Shown in pieces: positions 12,976-25,315 of a DNA stretch of 64,000 nucleotides. The DNA lies in contig JAHLTZ010000044.1 in the NCBI GenBank assembly GCA_025786725.1, positions 90,477-154,476 on the forward strand, given 5' to 3'. Position 1 is the first letter of the stretch. Each line of letters opens with the position of its first letter. Origin of the DNA: Syncephalis fuscata S228. Taxonomy: Eukaryota > Fungi > Zoopagomycota. The position numbers and the translations under genes were made by a program. The notes under the pieces were generated by a model. The model had not been told where the DNA came from, searched no databases, and was given only the letters and a program-made list of their open reading frames with translations.

Positions 12976-14114
12976 TTATTTCTTGGCTGGGTTAGCAGCC
13001 TTGGACTTGGCAAGACCGCGGAACTTCTTGGCGCGGTTCTTGCGTTCCTTGCGCTGCTTACGCGAGGTACGGACGTGCTCGAACAAACCGTTCTATTAAA
13101 TATGCAAAAAAGAGTAAGTCATACCATAAATAATATATTGGCTAGTTATTACTAGCTATTCTGCTAAATAGCTGCTAATCTACACAAATACTTACGCGAG
13201 CAAGGCGGTACTTAGGCTCGAAGCGTTTAGCAGAGTCAACTGAGTCGTAGATCAAAGCAAACCAGTTGAGCGACCACCACCAAAGTGGATACGGAAACCG
13301 AAGACAACAATGCTGTCCTTGTCGGCTTTGTACATCTTGGCGAGTTTGTCGCGGATTTCATCCTTGGAAAGGCTGGCGCGACCTGGGTGGATGACATCCA
13401 CAACCTGTAACATTAAGTTAATAAAAGTACAAGTAAAATATTATGTCGGTTATAATAATAACGACAATAAAATAATAAACCGCGTAATGCTATCTATAAA
13501 CTATAAAAATACTTACCATTTGCTTGCGTTGAAGCAAGCGGTTGGTCAAGAACTTGCGAGTGCGGAGAGTTGCCGATGGAGCGTCAGCCTATTATTCAAT
13601 CATTAGTAAACTAATTAACGATACTTTAGTAACCAGATTCATGCTATTACTCCCATAAGCCACCTCCAATTCCACAAATTGGATGAATTATATACGCAAT
13701 TCGTATATTATTATCGTTAATAACGCCATCTATTTGTCGCACCACTGGGTATAATATACTGTTGTTTATAGTATATTCAGTATTCTTAAATAAAGCTATC
13801 CATCTCTATATCAGCCAAATATAATGCCTATATTTATATAGCAATTCATTTCTTCATATGTATATGTATGTATGTATGTATGTATTCATCCATCCATCCA
13901 TCCATCCATCTATCCAGCTACTTATTAGCCTATTGCTTGTACTATCATTATAGACAGTTGCTGATAGTATGTTAATATATCCATCATCCGTTTCTATATC
14001 ATATACTGTTTACTCGAATCCATCCATTTTCTAGCCATCTCTATCCATCCATCCGCGCTAATTGATGTATAGTGTATTGATTCTATGGTGTAAATACCAT
14101 CTTCTACCTACCAT
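12976..14114 (-). CDS. RPS24: 40S ribosomal protein S24 (eS24), 4 exons
   Basis: ATG-only exon at 14112-14114, intron 13589-14111, then [18 protein letters not shown] / [10 protein letters not shown]...[15 protein letters not shown]...FEPKYRLAR / ...[17 protein letters not shown]. One T is missing near 13259-13261. Confidence 0.95.
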
Positions 14115-14699
14115 GATGCTGTCTGAGGTCTCTGTATATCGCCGGATCGGGGATAGCACAGCAGAAGAGAAGAGAAGGGACCAGAGGCAGTATGGGGCGC
14201 ACTCCTACGATGTTCATCTGTGCCAGCCAATCACCACACACAACACGCTCACACATATACACACTTATTTGCACACTCATTCACTCATTCGTAGTCACAT
14301 TAATTACAAAGTAACAATTTAATAGTAATAATAGTCAATATATAAATATAAAGTAAATAAAGGACTTGTGCCAATTGTATTAACCAGAATTAGAAGTAAA
14401 ATATAAATAAAGTATAAATAAAACAGATACTGTTTCTCTAATTGTGACATATGCTAGAATGGCTGCAAGAGCGATGGCAAAGCAAAGAGTAGAAAATTAA
14501 GTACGTAGCAGCTTTAGCTATGCAGAATAATAGCATAACACAGTAATTGTGGCAGTCCAATGACTACATTAAAGGATATTGACACAACTGAATTACTTAT
14601 TCTTTTTATTAAACATGTAATTAATGGTTAGTTATATTAATGATTAATTAGTTAATTATATTGTAATCTGGTAATTAAGTAACAATAATTAATCATTTA

Positions 14700-15050
14700 A
14701 TCTATTGAACATGATGGTGGGTGGCGAATGACATTAAAGCTTAAATGCCCATCATGATGGATTATTATCCAGTATGCATATATCCACCATTTACTTACAT
14801 TATTCCCATTCTATCCCGCGCTACCATATATCATTCTACAATATACTAGACACATTCTATTTTATATATTTTAATATACTGTACTCATTCCAGTTATTGA
14901 CCTATATTACTATAACTTCAAAAATGTATTAAAGTAAATAAAGCATCGAATGTGTCTAGTGTGTTATAGAATGAGAATGATATAAATGAATAGAGGATAT
15001 ATGCATACTGATAATAAACCATCTAATGCTAGTGTAACAGCTTTAACGTT
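14700..15050. mobile_element. Family B foldback/MITE-like element with inverted arms
   Basis: Left arm cagtatgcatatatcc...ctagacacattc pairs with right arm gaatgtgtctag...ggatatatgcatactg. Confidence 0.65.
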
Positions 15051-15183
15051 AACAAATAAGACTACAACTAAATAAAGCATTAATACCGCTAGTATTAAAA
15101 TGTTTATTGAAATCGCGTTATAACCAAGCTACATGCTATCAAAATATGCACTATAATTCATTCAATATTCACAAATATAATGC

Positions 15184-15897
15184 TTATTTGTTTTTCTTGG
15201 CTGCCAATTCACGTTGCTTGGTCGCATATTCTCGGCGGAAGCGTGTGACTTAATGCCAACCTGATTACGCACTTTTTTATGAAGAGTAGGGCGATATCCA
15301 AAAGCAAAGAGAATTTCAAGAAATACGAAGAGTGGTGCTTGTAGCAATGCTAAATGTAATGGATTAGAATACATAGCAATTAACTATAAACATTTAATGT
15401 AATTTACCTTGAGCAAAATTGTCGAGTAAAGCAGGCGAGCGCTTCTCAAATACATGATGCGTAAAGATCTGGGCAAACCATGAAAACACTTGTATGAATA
15501 TAGCGATTTTAATTGGAGCTTCTGCGTGATTATAGAATCCAGTAGCAGTTATCGACATGATACACAGAATAGGTGTCATTAGCATCTAGATAAATAGCAA
15601 TTAGCTTTATAGTGTTCTAACTTTTCCGGTTATACTTGTACTTACACCAGCAGCAGGTTCCAGCAACATATAGTATGCGCTGTAAAGGAGGGCGGCACTG
15701 AATGGTACATTGATAACAACTGGTATCTTAGAGAAGATACCTGTATCAATCGTAGCAATCGGATCGAAAGCACTAGTAAGCACCATAGCACTCCAAAGAA
15801 TAAGCGGTACACATATAATGTGGCAAAGCACGTTGATACGATTACTGTGGTAGCTACCATAGAAGATTAGCTGCTGTTCAAGGTCAAAGGCTCCCAT
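15184..15897 (-). CDS. MPO1: Mpo1/YGL010W-like (DUF962) ER membrane protein, 3 exons
   Basis: Motifs FDLEQQLIFYGSYHSNRINVLCHIICVPLILWS, HHVFEKRSPALLDN and APLFVFLEILFAFGYRP. Probable frameshift near 15250. Confidence 0.85.
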
Positions 15898-16197
15898 GTT
15901 TACTAGAGTGTCGTAGTCGTAGTCGTGGTGGTGGTGATAGTTGCGGACAAGCAGATAAGTAGATAAGCAGCACTGTTAGACAATCAATATGGAGTAGTAT
16001 CAATACTATACTGGTAAAGAGAGAGAAAGCGAATGTTAAATAGGCCTGCGTAAGTAGTGTGGATATCACCCAACCGAACTGTTTTGCGTGGGTCTGTGTC
16101 TGTGTTTCACATAAACATCTTGGGGTATAAAAATAAAGACCGACGACACTAAAGATCACGTTACTATAGCCCGTGTTCATCACCTTTCTTCTTTACT

Positions 16198-17824
16198 ATG
16201 GCTTCAATAGCTGACGAGGTACCTTCGCGACGATACAGTTCAAACAAGCGACCACGCTCACCTGAAGCGAATAGGACAGTATGGGCAGTGGTTGGCTATG
16301 AAGCAAAACTATTTCGCCAACCGGCCTTAAATTTAGGCGAATTCTACAACCTTGGCGTGATCAGGGCGTGTTATTGGACCGGTAGGGCAGCTGCGGAAGT
16401 ATAAGTCCATAAGCGTATGAGTCATATAAGCATGTGCAGCTAAATGTCGGCATTAAGGTATGACGCACGTAATTTACTGGACGAAAAGCAGCTGGACGCG
16501 GCCAAATACAACAAAAGGCATGGTGGGCCAACTGAGGCCATTCAACTGCAAGAACAGGCACTGGACCGTGAAAGATATCATGACCTCGACTCAGAAGAAG
16601 AGTCGTTGTTTGGCATGGAAGAAGAGGAGCGGGACATGTATGTGGGTAGGTGCTTGCAAATATAATGGCTGGTTAGTGGCCAAGCAATACTATAACACAT
16701 CATGTATAGAGGAAAAGAGAAAGCGGCGAAAACTAGCGATGGAAGGCAAGGAATTTTATTACAACTACGAAGAACAATCGGGAAAAACAAGCCATGGTAA
16801 TAGAAATAGAATAAGCGAATAGCATAATAGCTTATTGTTATGGAATAGATGAAATAGTGACCAAATCAGATTATACTGATAATAATAGACAGTCGATCAA
16901 TGTTGTACCATTGACAAGGCTCAAGACGGATACTTTTACACCTCCATTTAGTATTCCAGAAGGAATGGTTGTTGTAGGTGCATTATATGGCTAGTTATGT
17001 AACAACGGCTTATTCGTAAATGTCTCATAGCCTGAGACGAAACGCCATGCCGAGATTATTGAGCGTACGGCACGCTATCTGAATAGCAGTACTGATCCAC
17101 AGTTAGAAATTTTAATTAAGGCTAAACAGGCACATAACCGTGACTTTGCATTTCTTGACTCACGACACTATCTTCATGAATATTACAAACACGTGCGATG
17201 GATTATAACGAGTGGTCTTGGTGATTATGCTTCAAGCGACGATGAAGCGTCGGACGATGATAGTAACATTGATATGCCGTAAGTGTTTATTTTCTACCAT
17301 CTAATTATTCAATAAACTTGTAAAATTATTAGATCTGATAATGAATTAAAGCAATTTATTGATCGTATGGCTGAATTCATTGCCCAAAATGGTGATGAAT
17401 TTGAAGGGCAAATTCGGGCCAATCATTCAGATCCATCTAAATTAGCATTTATGGATAAAGGTGCCACTTATCAAAAATATTATAGATTTAAAGTAAAAAC
17501 ATTACGAACAAATAAGCAATCAGAGACAGAGAACGATACAAATCGTTGCCAGTTCAGATGAATCAATGGTTGAACAAGAAGATAAAGAAGAGACGGAAGA
17601 TGAGAAGATAAAAGAAGAACCAATGACAATGCCTTTATCGTCGTCGCGTAAGTTTTAATTCATATATTTATTGTAAATTTATATATGTTTATTAATCAAT
17701 TTTATAAATAATAGCAATACCCGATGACATGGAACAAAAACGTGCAGAACGACTAGCTAAAGCACGAGCATGGCTAGCAAGGAAAAAGAATGTTGATAAT
17801 GAGGATATGACAACAACAATATAA
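16198..17824 (+). CDS. SWAP/SURP-domain splicing factor (suppressor-of-white-apricot-like)
   Basis: DRY_EERY-type N-terminus (VGYEAKLF...DRYDARNLL...DRERYHDL) and two SURP repeats (IIERTARYL...FAFL...YY; IDRMAEFIAQNGDEFE...YY). Multi-exon, with a frameshift near 16345. Confidence 0.85.
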
Positions 17825-18841
17825 CCATAATATTAATATTTTGTGTTAATAAAAACAAATATTAAATTTGTAATAATCTTTTTATAGTTTACTTTATAAG
17901 TTATTTATAAATTACTCAATATAATTTGGTGGTCAAATGATTTTATGATAAAACAATAACGGCATCCATAGTCAAATACGATGCTTTATTATCAAAATGA
18001 TGCTATACAACGACTCATAGCTAATTCTAGCAAACAATTGTTGGCAATAACACTTGTGTTAGCAGTTAGTAGTACGATCCTATAAATGAATAACTTATTC
18101 CTGTAAACCAAACTGCAATATCAAAAATGCACTTACAGATAATCGTTGCATGTATAAAGCGCATTGCAGCTATTGGTGCACACACTTCAAGTTACCATGT
18201 CAATGCGCTTTGTTGCTTTACACTTTGCACTGATAATATGTCCTATACAATATAGCATGATTGGCATTGCATGGTCACAAGTTTACATGCCTATGCAATA
18301 AATACAAATTACTAGTGACATCATCATTGTTTCTGCCAAATAAACAATATTCTCATACGAATAGCAACACATATATAATACACATGGCCATTATGCCACT
18401 AAGACACTTTACTAGCTGTGTTTATTTGTTCGTATGAGCTATCATATGAATATTTGCTGTGTATATATGACACTTTGCCTGATATTATCCCCTTCCTTTT
18501 TTAATTTTAGTACATATTAAACAAACTGTGGCATCATTATCTAATTTGTGCCAATCACGCATTGTTTTTTATTTTACCTGCTTGTTCCAATAAATCAATA
18601 TTACCATGAGGCTTTCTATTGTCGCTTGTTAGTATAACTGGGCAAAATGGCACTATTAGCTAGGCAGAAATATTAACATTATACTTGTGCACATGTGCAG
18701 CATTAGACACCAAAATAGACTGATGTATCTATAACAATGTTATAATTCAAACATGAATTTCATATGCAAACATTATAATTATATATTTATTATAAAATCA
18801 TTATTTAATACGTATATATCATCTATTTGTCTATATCATTT

Positions 18842-19645
18842 TATCGTTTACCGATTATACGTTATTAATAAAAGCTGTCTGCTTATTGCCAACTGTATTT
18901 GTCATATTGATTCATACTATTTATTTCATTTACTCAATCGCATACATGATAGTTTTACCATTATCATTCATGTAGTTTCTTTTGTCTATTTGTTTGGCTA
19001 TTTATTATTATATGTTGCCAAAATCACTTTGTGCTTTGATATGTTACAGATTGTCATTGCAAATTGTACTGGCAATAGCTTTTACAGTCTTTATAGTAGC
19101 AGATCGCACTGCCGCTGTTGAGATTGCAAAGCTATTACCGGATGACCTACAATGGCGATCTATAGTAAAAGCAAAGTATAAAACGACATTTCACAGCATG
19201 TATTCGCCATAATATAAAAACAAGCCAGAAATGCACTTATCGTGTGATAAAGTTGCCAATACTAATTATCAAAGTGCTGCTGATTATTTGTAAAAAGATA
19301 AGATTAAAGAGCAATACAAGGACGTGGTGTAGAAGGTGTTGCTAGTCAACTAATAGTCAGCCAACTACTGACACCAACTAAGTAGCATATATGCTATCAA
19401 GTGTGCAGAAAGGGAAAAGAAAGGTGATGACGTAGATTATGAGTTGGAACCTGTCAGTCAATATTTATAGAAACGTGAATTATTTATTAACAAGCAGCAT
19501 GTGAATAATAAAAGCAATCTACCCAACATGTCGGTACGTCACAGAACAATGTTAACAGTGAATAAATAAATGTATTAAAATAAATGCCATTTTACCACCA
19601 AAGCTATTCATTAGTTTATTGATGTAAAATAATAAATTTATTAAA
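18842..19645 (+). repeat. Dispersed repeat family A, copy 2
   Basis: Direct near-identical copy of 7019-7829. Confidence 0.92.
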
Positions 19646-19877
19646 AACTAATTAAAAGAACAAAGTTATTTTGCCATAAAAAATAAGTCATTGTTATAGA
19701 ACATGTTCATTAATAAAATTAGAAAGCGTAATAAAACTAATGCTACTTTATACCAAGTGTTATTTATAGAGAAAAAAAACCATATTATTTTTATAAAAAT
19801 GTTTTATAAAGCCGTACATAGAATTTCATGACCGAATCTTGTCTAGTCATTTCAGATAATAGCGTAGGATCTGTTGC

Positions 19878-21782
19878 CTATGTCATATTTTCCAATTCAG
19901 TGTTTTCGACAAGAAGTAAAGCGTCTTTTTTAGCCTTTTTAACGTCGACGGTCCAGGTTAGAATGACGGGCATGATAAGCATAACCAGTAATAGATAGAA
20001 GGCGTAGCGCAGTTCGCCTGTAGCATCGGAAATTGCTGCCGTAGCAAGTGGGCCGATCCAAGCGGCACCCTTATCTGTAATCTCGTATAGACTAAAGAAT
20101 TCGTTTTCGCGACCAGGTGGCAATAAATCCGAAAACATAACTCGAGCATAACTTTGAACAGCACCTAACAAAAGACCGCTGACCACCGACATAACCCAGA
20201 TTTCTGGTTGATATTTAAGACCAAATGGTGCAAAGAAACCAAGTAGGCCGTAGATGGGCAAAAGCGAGTACAACGAACAAATAATAATAATCATTTGTCG
20301 CGTTGTAAGATTAAGACGGCGCTGAATAAAGAGCCACAGGTAAACGCCGGCTGCGGCAGAAATTGGTACTATAACTGCAGCAATAATAAGCTGAACTTGA
20401 GACATGCCAAGCTTTGTTTTGGCAAAGATAACTGCCACCGATGTAATGGTACCAACACCATCTGACAACATAAACCAGGCTAAAAGGAAACGGAAGGTAT
20501 GGAGAAGCTTGCGTACTTGTCGAACTGTGCTAAACACTATATAGTTATGACAGTAAGTTACTATATTACATAGCTAGATCATTGTAATACTTGCATTTCT
20601 TCCATGAGTAGGTAAAGTAATTCTCACCAGCAGGTAGTGGTGGAGAAGGACGAGGTGGCAATAGACGGTGGCCGATAAAGCCGGCAATAAGCCACCAGAA
20701 ACAGGTTAGCGCACCACCAATATGCATACTAAAATACAGTTAGTATGCTATATTAATGAAAGTAGATGTACAGGCAATAACTTACGCATAATTAGGATCT
20801 GGATAAAACCATACAATAACAGCGCTGATAATAAGCATAGTTACACCGGCAGCATAGCCAATGGCCATGCCATTACCACTAATGCTATTACTAGTAACTG
20901 TCGTCACCTTTGTGATTTCAGCTTCATCGCCAGTCTTTTCTGCGGCAATAACATTTGGATGGAAGCGCGTCAGCGTGGGAATGTACGCATATAGAAAAAC
21001 GAGGGATGCCCCAAACGAGATATTGCCAAGGCCAGTAATCACTGCAGCGCCTAGAAATGCCTTGGGTGTTGTAATAGTCAACATCATAATGCCAACAATG
21101 GCACCGACAACATTAAAAAATAGCAAAAAGGTTTTGCGCCAGTCTAAATACAAGTTAATGGGATTAGCATAGTTAACGGTATAATTATTCATATAAACCA
21201 CTTACTGCCATGATCGGCCAATGCACCCAGACTAACAAACAGAAAAGCCTGAACAATGACAGCAAAACTGGATACGTAAAGTGGGAAACTTGCTGTATTG
21301 ACCCAGGCATCGCCAATCTGTACGACACACTTGTAGTCGGTAATTGTTGTGTCGCACGGCACGGTTCTATCCTCCATTTTGAAGCCATTTTTAGCGGCAA
21401 GTGTCTCGAGGATAATTGGCAAAAATACCGACATCAATACGACCGAGTAAGGCTCGCTCTATCAGTTGTAGAATGAATAAAGTAACAATAAGTTAGCACT
21501 ATTAACACGAACAGGTATAGAGAGTACATAAGGGTTTATTTAATAACTTACCGCAGCCGAGTACATGTAAAAGCCCCAAAGCTCACGTTTAGTCACTGGT
21601 CGAAGGGACATATCGACTTGTTCGGCCGTCATGTTTAGCTTTTTCGCGGCCAATTCGGCACTGGCTAGTGTCGAGACTTCTTTCATAACAAGTGTTGTTT
21701 CGTCATTTGCACTTTGGTCACTCTTTGATAGGTCAGTATCCACGTCGTTCGACATGGTGTCCAGCTGGTAGGGTGGACTCAT
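19878..21782 (-). CDS. ATG22: Vacuolar effluxer Atg22-like MFS transporter, multi-exon
   Basis: Motifs ELWGFYMYSAA, NTASFPLYVSSFAV, SLGALADHG, FLLAWFMLSDG and PPGRENEFFSLYEITDKG. Confidence 0.9.
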
Positions 21783-23034
21783 AGCTGGTTAAGCAAATAA
21801 ATCAAGGTTTGAGTATAGCAGCTAGTAGAAAATCACCAAATACTATAGTAAAAGTGCACTTAAATAGTGGCTCTTTAATGGTGTATTGCAGCAAACAGAA
21901 AGTATATCAATAGCCACAGTGAAAAGTGTAGCTATTTTATAGCACGTTTACCAGAAAGAATAACTCGTTATTGTTTTAGCAAATTAAGAGTAATAGTCGT
22001 AAAGAGAACTCGTGACAAAGAATGGTAGAGTGATATTGATGCAGTGTAAGCATCGACGATAAGGAGAGAAAAGCAACAAGGAGCGAAAATAGTGCCAAGT
22101 AGAAACACGAAGCTTTTTAATCGCAGTTTGAAGCTGGGGACCAAAAAAGCAATGCCCCACTTTAGCAGCAATAATCCAATTGTATGATGTGGTTGGCTAT
22201 AGTGGTGATGGGGTAATTGCCACTGTGCGATAATGAGGAGGGGAACAGGTATGTGCGAGGATAAAGAATAGTAGTAGCGACTGCGAATGGGTCGGGACAA
22301 GCAAAAGAGGGACCGGCACGGTTAGAAATAAAAGCGGAAGTGGAAGAAGAAAAGAAGGATTTGTTTGGTTTGTAGTGCCAATAATAGCCGTGGTAGCAAC
22401 AGTAGTGGTAGCGTGTAAAGTAACGCACTACACATTGCGGTTCTATTTGTAACATCCTTCACACTGTACTCCAGATTTGTGATTGGGCCTCGTTCTTTTT
22501 ACTATGGTCAGTATACATTAACACAAATTGGCGACGATTTACTACTATGGCCGTTACCACTTGTGAGACTGACTACACCATCGGTGTATTACTTGTTCGA
22601 CACCTGGCGTCGGACACTGGCACAAACTAGGCAGTGGCCACGTGATGTCGCTGTTTTGGAAGAGGCAATTGGCCAAAAGATGGGGATCAGTCTGAAAATG
22701 TAACAAACGTGGTGCTAAGCATTGTTTAGAAAACACGACTAGATACATAAGGCCGATAGTTATGAAGCGAAAGGCTGTAATAATAATGCTGTTGCGCATA
22801 AATGACGATAGGGCCTATGAAAAGGCACATAGTTTAATAAAATACATATTGTAATTCGTGTTATTGTGACTGCAATGTATTAATGTAAAATAAATTTATT
22901 TTTATCACTGATCACAAAGATGCACATCACTGCTGCTGTGTATGGCAACACCGCCAATGATATGTCGGCTAGTTAACGAGCCGCTATCCAACCGGTGTAG
23001 ACTAATAGTAATGATAAATAGCATGGCTTGTTTC

Positions 23035-24255
23035 TTAGACACGCTCGGCGGGCATCGTTGTTTCAAATGTATTTGGACCAGCGACCGGTTTTTGATAATG
23101 GTAAAATTGCCAGAAAATCTATTTCAAAATTAAGTCTATTTAGAACGTGTGCTGTGTGTGTGTGTGTGTGCCACTCGTTAGTGCCACTTACCACAAAATC
23201 AAAAAACAGTGTTCCACCACTAAAGAGGTAAGATGAATTGAGTGTTAGATATTTGTTTAAGCTAAATCACCTGGTTCTACTCTGCCCCTCCTTACCTTCC
23301 AATGAGCCAGGGTAGGTTAATAAGCAGATAGGTGTAATCCAGAGAATAGAAAAAGATCGACTATGAGCATTATTATTATTATACAGGCCAAGGATGGCAT
23401 AAGGCAACGTTTAGACTAGTGACAAGCCAAATGGTATGACAGCTAACTTACCGCACAATAGGTGATATTGCCAAGCACACAGTAGATAAACATGAGCATT
23501 GATAGTCCTTCGCATGACTTGTTACGAAAGTTTAGTATAATTTGGGGAATGCGTGCGCCCACTAAATAAAACAAAATAATAGTAAAATGTTAAATCCATA
23601 ATAATAAATACTATTTTTTTAAATACCATAACAAATGGCCGAGATGTAGCCAAAAACTTGAGGCCATAGCTGAATTGTACCATAATCGCGGTGGGGTCGG
23701 TTTTGTTGTGCATCTACGCTTATCCAACGGTGAACAAGCCCAATGGCTATTATGCTGAGCACGGGTAAAATACAATACAAAACAGTTTTTCGTAAACGAT
23801 TATGGCCATTGCTGGCCTGTGGCTCGTCTTGTACCAGTCTAGCTGTAGTAGCCTCGGTCAATAAAAGCGTGTGTTCATTTGCATTTTTTTGCAGCAAAAC
23901 ACGCTCGTCATACTGAGATGAAGAGGACGCGTCTCGATTGCGATAATAAAACATTTGCCATAGCAATGCCACGTCGGCCAGCGTATAATAGATCGCCAGG
24001 AGTAGCATGGTGAAAAGTAGATTCTGCAATACTACACCCACTAGATTAAATAAATCGCCAACAATCCAGATAAGAATAAAGTGCAACGATAGCGAGTCAC
24101 TTGATTTCCGTTTCCAATTCTCGTATAATTGTCTAGTAACTAGAGTTATATGATGAAAAGGCTGTTATCAGTATTACTTACGGCGCAAATACAACAATCC
24201 AGCAAGCAATCGACAAATAGCCAGTGATGGCCGATATAAATTGCATATCTATCAT
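23035..24255 (-). CDS. PQ-loop vacuolar amino acid transporter (Ypq/PQLC2-like), multi-exon
   Basis: Spliced reading GYLSIACWIVVFAP|QLYENWKRKS...WIVGDLFNL...GARIPQIILNFRNKSCEGLS...NLPWLIGSGGTLFFDFVIFWQF. Confidence 0.9.
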
Positions 24256-24832
24256 ATTCACAGAACTATTGACGGATACTCTACTGTTTTATAAACTGTG
24301 CTTTTTCTTTTTCTCTTTAACCACACTTGTATATAGCCAAATTACAACCGTTGGAATTGCGCGAAAGGAGAATACAAGAGAAAAACAACACAAAAAAGGC
24401 AGGTTGAAAAGAAAAGCGTGTGGACGAATCAGCGTTGATCAAAGTCGCGGCACATGAGTTCCATGAGAACAGATGCTGAAACATCCATCTTATCAGTATC
24501 GATAGATTGATTATAGTAGATGAGCCAATGGCTCGGTGCTTCACCATTTAAAGCGTCGACGATACTTACCATTTAAGCCAGACTTGCTGCCACGTCTTTA
24601 CATGGACTGGCTTAGAAACAGTATCAGCAATCTATTTAGTTGATTGGCTTATTTATGCCAGTATATTACATTAATAGCTATATATTGCGTACCATATATT
24701 TTAGCTTTTAATTCTAAGATTGTGGCCTTAAAGCTTATTAATTAATTAAAATGTTTCTATCACATAACATGTTGTATACCATTAAACATTTCTATACAAT
24801 TTAATTTAATTTATTAAAATTTGAAATGACTT

Positions 24833-25040
24833 GAGGAGCCAAATGACTACATTTAATAACATTCGCGCAATTAAACTAAACATTTGTTCTATTGAACATG
24901 ATAATGGGTGGTGAATGACATCATCCATCCAAGTCAACATCGTCATAGATTTATCATCATTGTAGATTCACTATCCAGCATGCATATACTCTCTATTCAC
25001 CTATATCATTCCCATTCTATCTCACACCATTACTAATACT
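24833..25040 (+). repeat. Dispersed repeat family B arm
   Basis: ggagccaaatgact...ctattgaacatg...gaatgacatc...atgcatata...cattcccattctat; matches 14700-14830 and the reverse complement of 3400-3568. Confidence 0.8.
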
Positions 25041-25315
25041 ATTTTATTATTTTTTATACAACTAGAATCGCTATCGAGCACTTGGCTTTCTCTTTGTTAT
25101 CGCTCTCGCAATTATTCTAGCACATGCCACAACTAGAAAGGGAAATCTATTTTACGCATACTAGTTTTCTTTTGCGTTTAATCGTGTTTAATCAACATAA
25201 TAAATCAAATGGCAAGTACAATATTTAATAATAGCGCAGTCATAATAAATGTAAATGTATAAATCAGAGAAAAATGAAAGTGAAATTAAGCAGTAACAAA
25301 CATTAGGACTGCTGT

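Noticed and set aside
13589-14111. Intronic snoRNA in the long first intron of RPS24
   Set aside because: No convincing C/D or H/ACA box arrangement on the sense strand; mostly (ATCC)n and (TATG)n microsatellites.
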